Positions 8,981 to 11,983 of a stretch of DNA of 11,983 bases are shown here, piece by piece. The notes beneath the pieces are model-generated. The model had not been told where the DNA came from, ran no database searches, and was given only the letters and a program-made list of their open reading frames with translations. Origin of the DNA: Paraspadella gotoi (Eukaryota; Animalia; Chaetognatha); NCBI GenBank assembly GCA_051294375.1, contig JBJCIZ010000708.1, forward strand, positions 1-11,983. The letters are read 5' to 3'. How positions within the stretch are numbered: the stretch's first letter is position 1; every line of letters starts with the position of its first letter. The position numbers and the translations under genes are program-made.

Positions 8981-10586
8981 AATCTACTCGATTACAAAAT
9001 ATATTTAGAATATTTGATATCAGTAAGAAGATTTATTAGGACAGACAGACATCTACATAGATAGGCAAGTTAACCTGGTCGTTGTATATATGTTATTATT
9101 AAATATTTTTACATTTTACTGATAGGAAATGATGTCAATATTTGTTGATGTTAACATTTCAATCAATCGACCCACGCGTTGAAAAATAATTTACAAAAAA
9201 AGGTCATTTTCCAACGCGCATTTTTTAAATCAAATCTGCGTTCGTTATATTTTCTTTTTGGTTCACTTAAATTTTTAGCTTCGGCCGAGTGACTTAATTG
9301 GTAATAAAAAAATTGATTTTCTTTGATAACTTTTGAACAAAAATGATAGAACGATGAGACTGGTATCATATTAAAGCCATAATTATGGGACATCTTTTTC
9401 TCCTTTTTCTCAAATGTTTCAAGGATTTTTTTAAAATCTGGATCGGAATCTTAGTCAAAAGTATAACAACTTTTGAAATTAAATTAAACACACTTGGCCG
9501 TATTTAAAAAATAAATAAATATGGATTCGAAAGAGAAAAGACTGAATTATGTTTCTTATACAAGCAAAAATTTTCTATACTTCAAATGTTAATATAATTA
9601 CTAAGGATAATGAATTATCATTTTGTTGAAAACAAAAAAAAATAAAAATTCATGTTGGAACCTTAAAAACATATGATTTAAATATGAAAATTTAGGAGTT
9701 AAACTTTGTTCGCGGCTGATTTAAAAACTACTGACATAGGGCTAAAAGACTGTATTATCAGATTTTTAATTTTTGTTCATCTTCAGGTGCAAATTAAACC
9801 TTGCATAATGCCCATTAGCTATATTAATATAACAATTTTTTATTAAAAAAGCACTACAATCTTTTAATAACACGCTAATGCATGTAGCTGTATGGTAAAT
9901 TTGTTGTTTTTTATTTTTTATTATAATACAAGGCTTTTATCAATAAAGGGGTAAATTGCAAGAAAATGAGTGATTTCAAGGCTCCATATTGATACTATGA
10001 TATCAATGAATTTTCTTTGTTCGCGGCATCGAAATGTACCTAAGACATTGTAGTTTCATTAGCTAATCTTTGTTTTTAATTTTAAAGGGCATGTTTGGCA
10101 AAAAGTAAGAAACAAAAATGACAAAAATTTTAATAGAAAAATTTGGATTAATTGCTATTATTTCTTAACTTAACGTCAATTTATTTTTTTCGTTATGTGC
10201 TTGAAAGTTAGGCTAAACCTAACAGAATCGGAATCAGTGCATGACGCTGTATATTTATTTGACTTATACAGTAAATACGCAATAAAAAAAATTTAAAAAG
10301 AATTCAGACTAAGCGCCGTGTTTATTTTCAGTATTTTTTAGTCAAGACCTTTATGGATTTTTTTGTTCCGGCGGCGTTGGATAGCCCAAACACTGCAGTT
10401 TCAGAAATCATCCATGTTTTTGTAATATTTACTGGCGCTACTGGTGCAAAAATTGCTAGGCAACCAAAATATCCGAAACCGCTTTGTTCTTTCGATTTTT
10501 TTAAGCGGCGGAGCGACATATCTAATCTACAATCCCAAAAAAACCCATATAAAAAAAAACAAGTCGGTTTTTGCCAACCCTGTTAG

Positions 10587-10766
10587 GAGCGGAAGAGCGA
10601 GGTCATCAAGGGCAAGTGTGTAGTGTTTACTCACCTTTCCAAAGAATACGCTGGAGCTGTGTTGATAACCGAGAGAGAGGTAAGTGAGGAGCTTCAACGC
10701 CGACTGTCGAACTACCATTTTTTTCTGGACAATGGAGACTACTGCCCAAAGACTCGGCGCCTGTGA
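10587..10766 (+). CDS. Putative exon (or pseudo-exon) encoding the C-terminal half of a BAH domain
   Basis: Acceptor-like TTTTGCCAACCCTGTTAG, then open frame ERKSEVIKGKCVVFTHLSKEYAGAVLITEREVSEELQRRLSNYHFFLDNGDYCPKTRRL*. The I.GKC.V ... FF....Y.P.TRRL pattern resembles the end of BAH domains. Upstream exons not resolved. Confidence 0.45.
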   Translation, partial: ERKSEVIKGKCVVFTHLSKEYAGAVLITEREVSEELQRRLSNYHFFLDNGDYCPKTRRL

Positions 10767-10849
10767 TTCGTAGACGTTGATCAAGGGTGAGAATCGCCAT
10801 TCCGCTGAAGACAAAATTAAGATAGGGTGGAAGCAACAATTTTCAGATT

Positions 10850-11131
10850 AAGAATGAATTTATTCTTTAACAAGGATCACGTCAGGCTCACCAGTGTGGA
10901 TTAGGCGCTAAGTGGGCAGAAGATGACTAATTGACTATCCATAACTTCTATAACCCCCTCTAGCAGACATGGAAAGGGTCCTGGGCTTGGAACCAGGCTT
11001 GAGGGTTTGCCACGCCCCCAAGGCGGCTTAAGGCCGTCCTCACTCTTCCCGCAGGGTAGGTACCGGGTTGGGATTGAACCCGGTACCTAGTGGTCATGAG
11101 CTGATGGCTTTACTCAATGAGCCACCGGGTC
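10850..11131 (-). mobile_element. tRNA-derived SINE (Met-like CAT loop) with structured body
   Basis: Minus strand GACCCGGTGGCTCATTGAGTAAAGCCATCAGCTCATGACCACTAGGTACCGGGTTCAATCCC. A box TGGCTCATTGAG (11124-11113), B box GGTTCAATCC (11080-11071), followed by a GC-rich body. 3' end approximate. Confidence 0.75.
10971..11050 (-). ncRNA. Twister-ribozyme-like motif in SINE body
   Basis: GGGAAGAGU-GAGGA-CGGCCU-UAA-GCC-GCC-[UUGGGGG..CCCUCAA]-G-[CCUGG-UUCCAAGC-CCAGG]-ACCCUUUCC. The order UAA..GCC-P3-G-P4/L4 matches twister; P1/P2 imperfect. Confidence 0.55.
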
Positions 11132-11728
11132 ACAACTGAAAGAGTCATGCTTATAGGCGGGGTGAACCTAGGCAATGCCCGACTACAGTTATAAACATTA
11201 AACAATAACAATGAAAAGGCTCAGATGCTAAGTCTATTACAGTGGTAATTTGCAAGGTCAACAGTTCAACGGGGAGAATTGAATTGAAAATATAATTGTG
11301 AGCTTTAGGTACAGTAGCATCCGTCTAGAATTTCTGAGACGGCAAGCTCTGTAACTCGAGTACAAATTATAATTTTAAAGAGAGCTTTTGTCTTGATATC
11401 GAGTACACATATGGCTACTAAAACCTTTCAAAAAAACTCAAAATTATATTTTTAATGGTTGGACAGGCTTATTAGACCAATTTTGGGGTGGGAAATTTGA
11501 TGGTGAGGTCGAAATTGCTCAGTTTAGTCGAAGTTGACTACCGGGCCCTGAACGAGCATTTTCCAATTTTTCCCACATTTTAAAACGTTTAATATCATTA
11601 TTCTATTTAAATTATTTTTTTAAACTAAAGAAAAAGTAAATTACACTTTTTATTATATAAACTTTAATATTTATCATAATTGTATAAAAATGTATAAAAA
11701 TATATTTAATATAAACTTTTTGCTTTCA

Positions 11729-11738
11729 NNNNNNNNNN
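11729..11738. other. Assembly gap
   Basis: Run of 10 N. Confidence 0.99.
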
Positions 11739-11983
11739 TGTTGACATATAAATACTGATTACTGATTACTGGTGATTACGATGTATTTCTCGATGTATTA
11801 GCTCTAATACATCAATGATTACGTATTGTTATGCTGAATGACCTTTCCTCTTAACGGTTAAGCGAATTTCCTAAAAAATTAACGGTTATCGGAACTCTAG
11901 TCGCCAGTGGCTACATGGTGACAATTTTACAAGCGCCGGTAAGAATACGCTGTCATTTGCAAACCAGTGGTTATTTCATTGAT

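Noticed and set aside
10527-10839. Minus-strand ORFs and exon 10804-10635 with good splice sites
   Set aside because: Peptides unrecognisable; the + strand frame gives a domain-like match, so these are probably antisense shadows, though not excluded.

Overview
AT-rich, repeat-dense eukaryotic (probably invertebrate animal) genomic DNA with no intact gene and a 10-N gap near the end. It holds: (i) a 5'-truncated Penelope-like retroelement (GIY-YIG C-terminus) ending in a minimal type I hammerhead ribozyme; (ii) a second, decayed and internally inverted copy of the same family; (iii) two different tRNA-headed SINE-like elements, each followed by a covarying RNA structure matching the P3/P4/L4 half of a twister ribozyme (the most interesting signal); (iv) two Helentron/DINE-1-like non-autonomous copies, an 18-bp minisatellite and MITE remnants; (v) an exon-like segment missing from the ORF track that resembles the C-terminal half of a BAH domain, and a CpG-rich promoter-like patch. 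All alignments and folds were done by eye.
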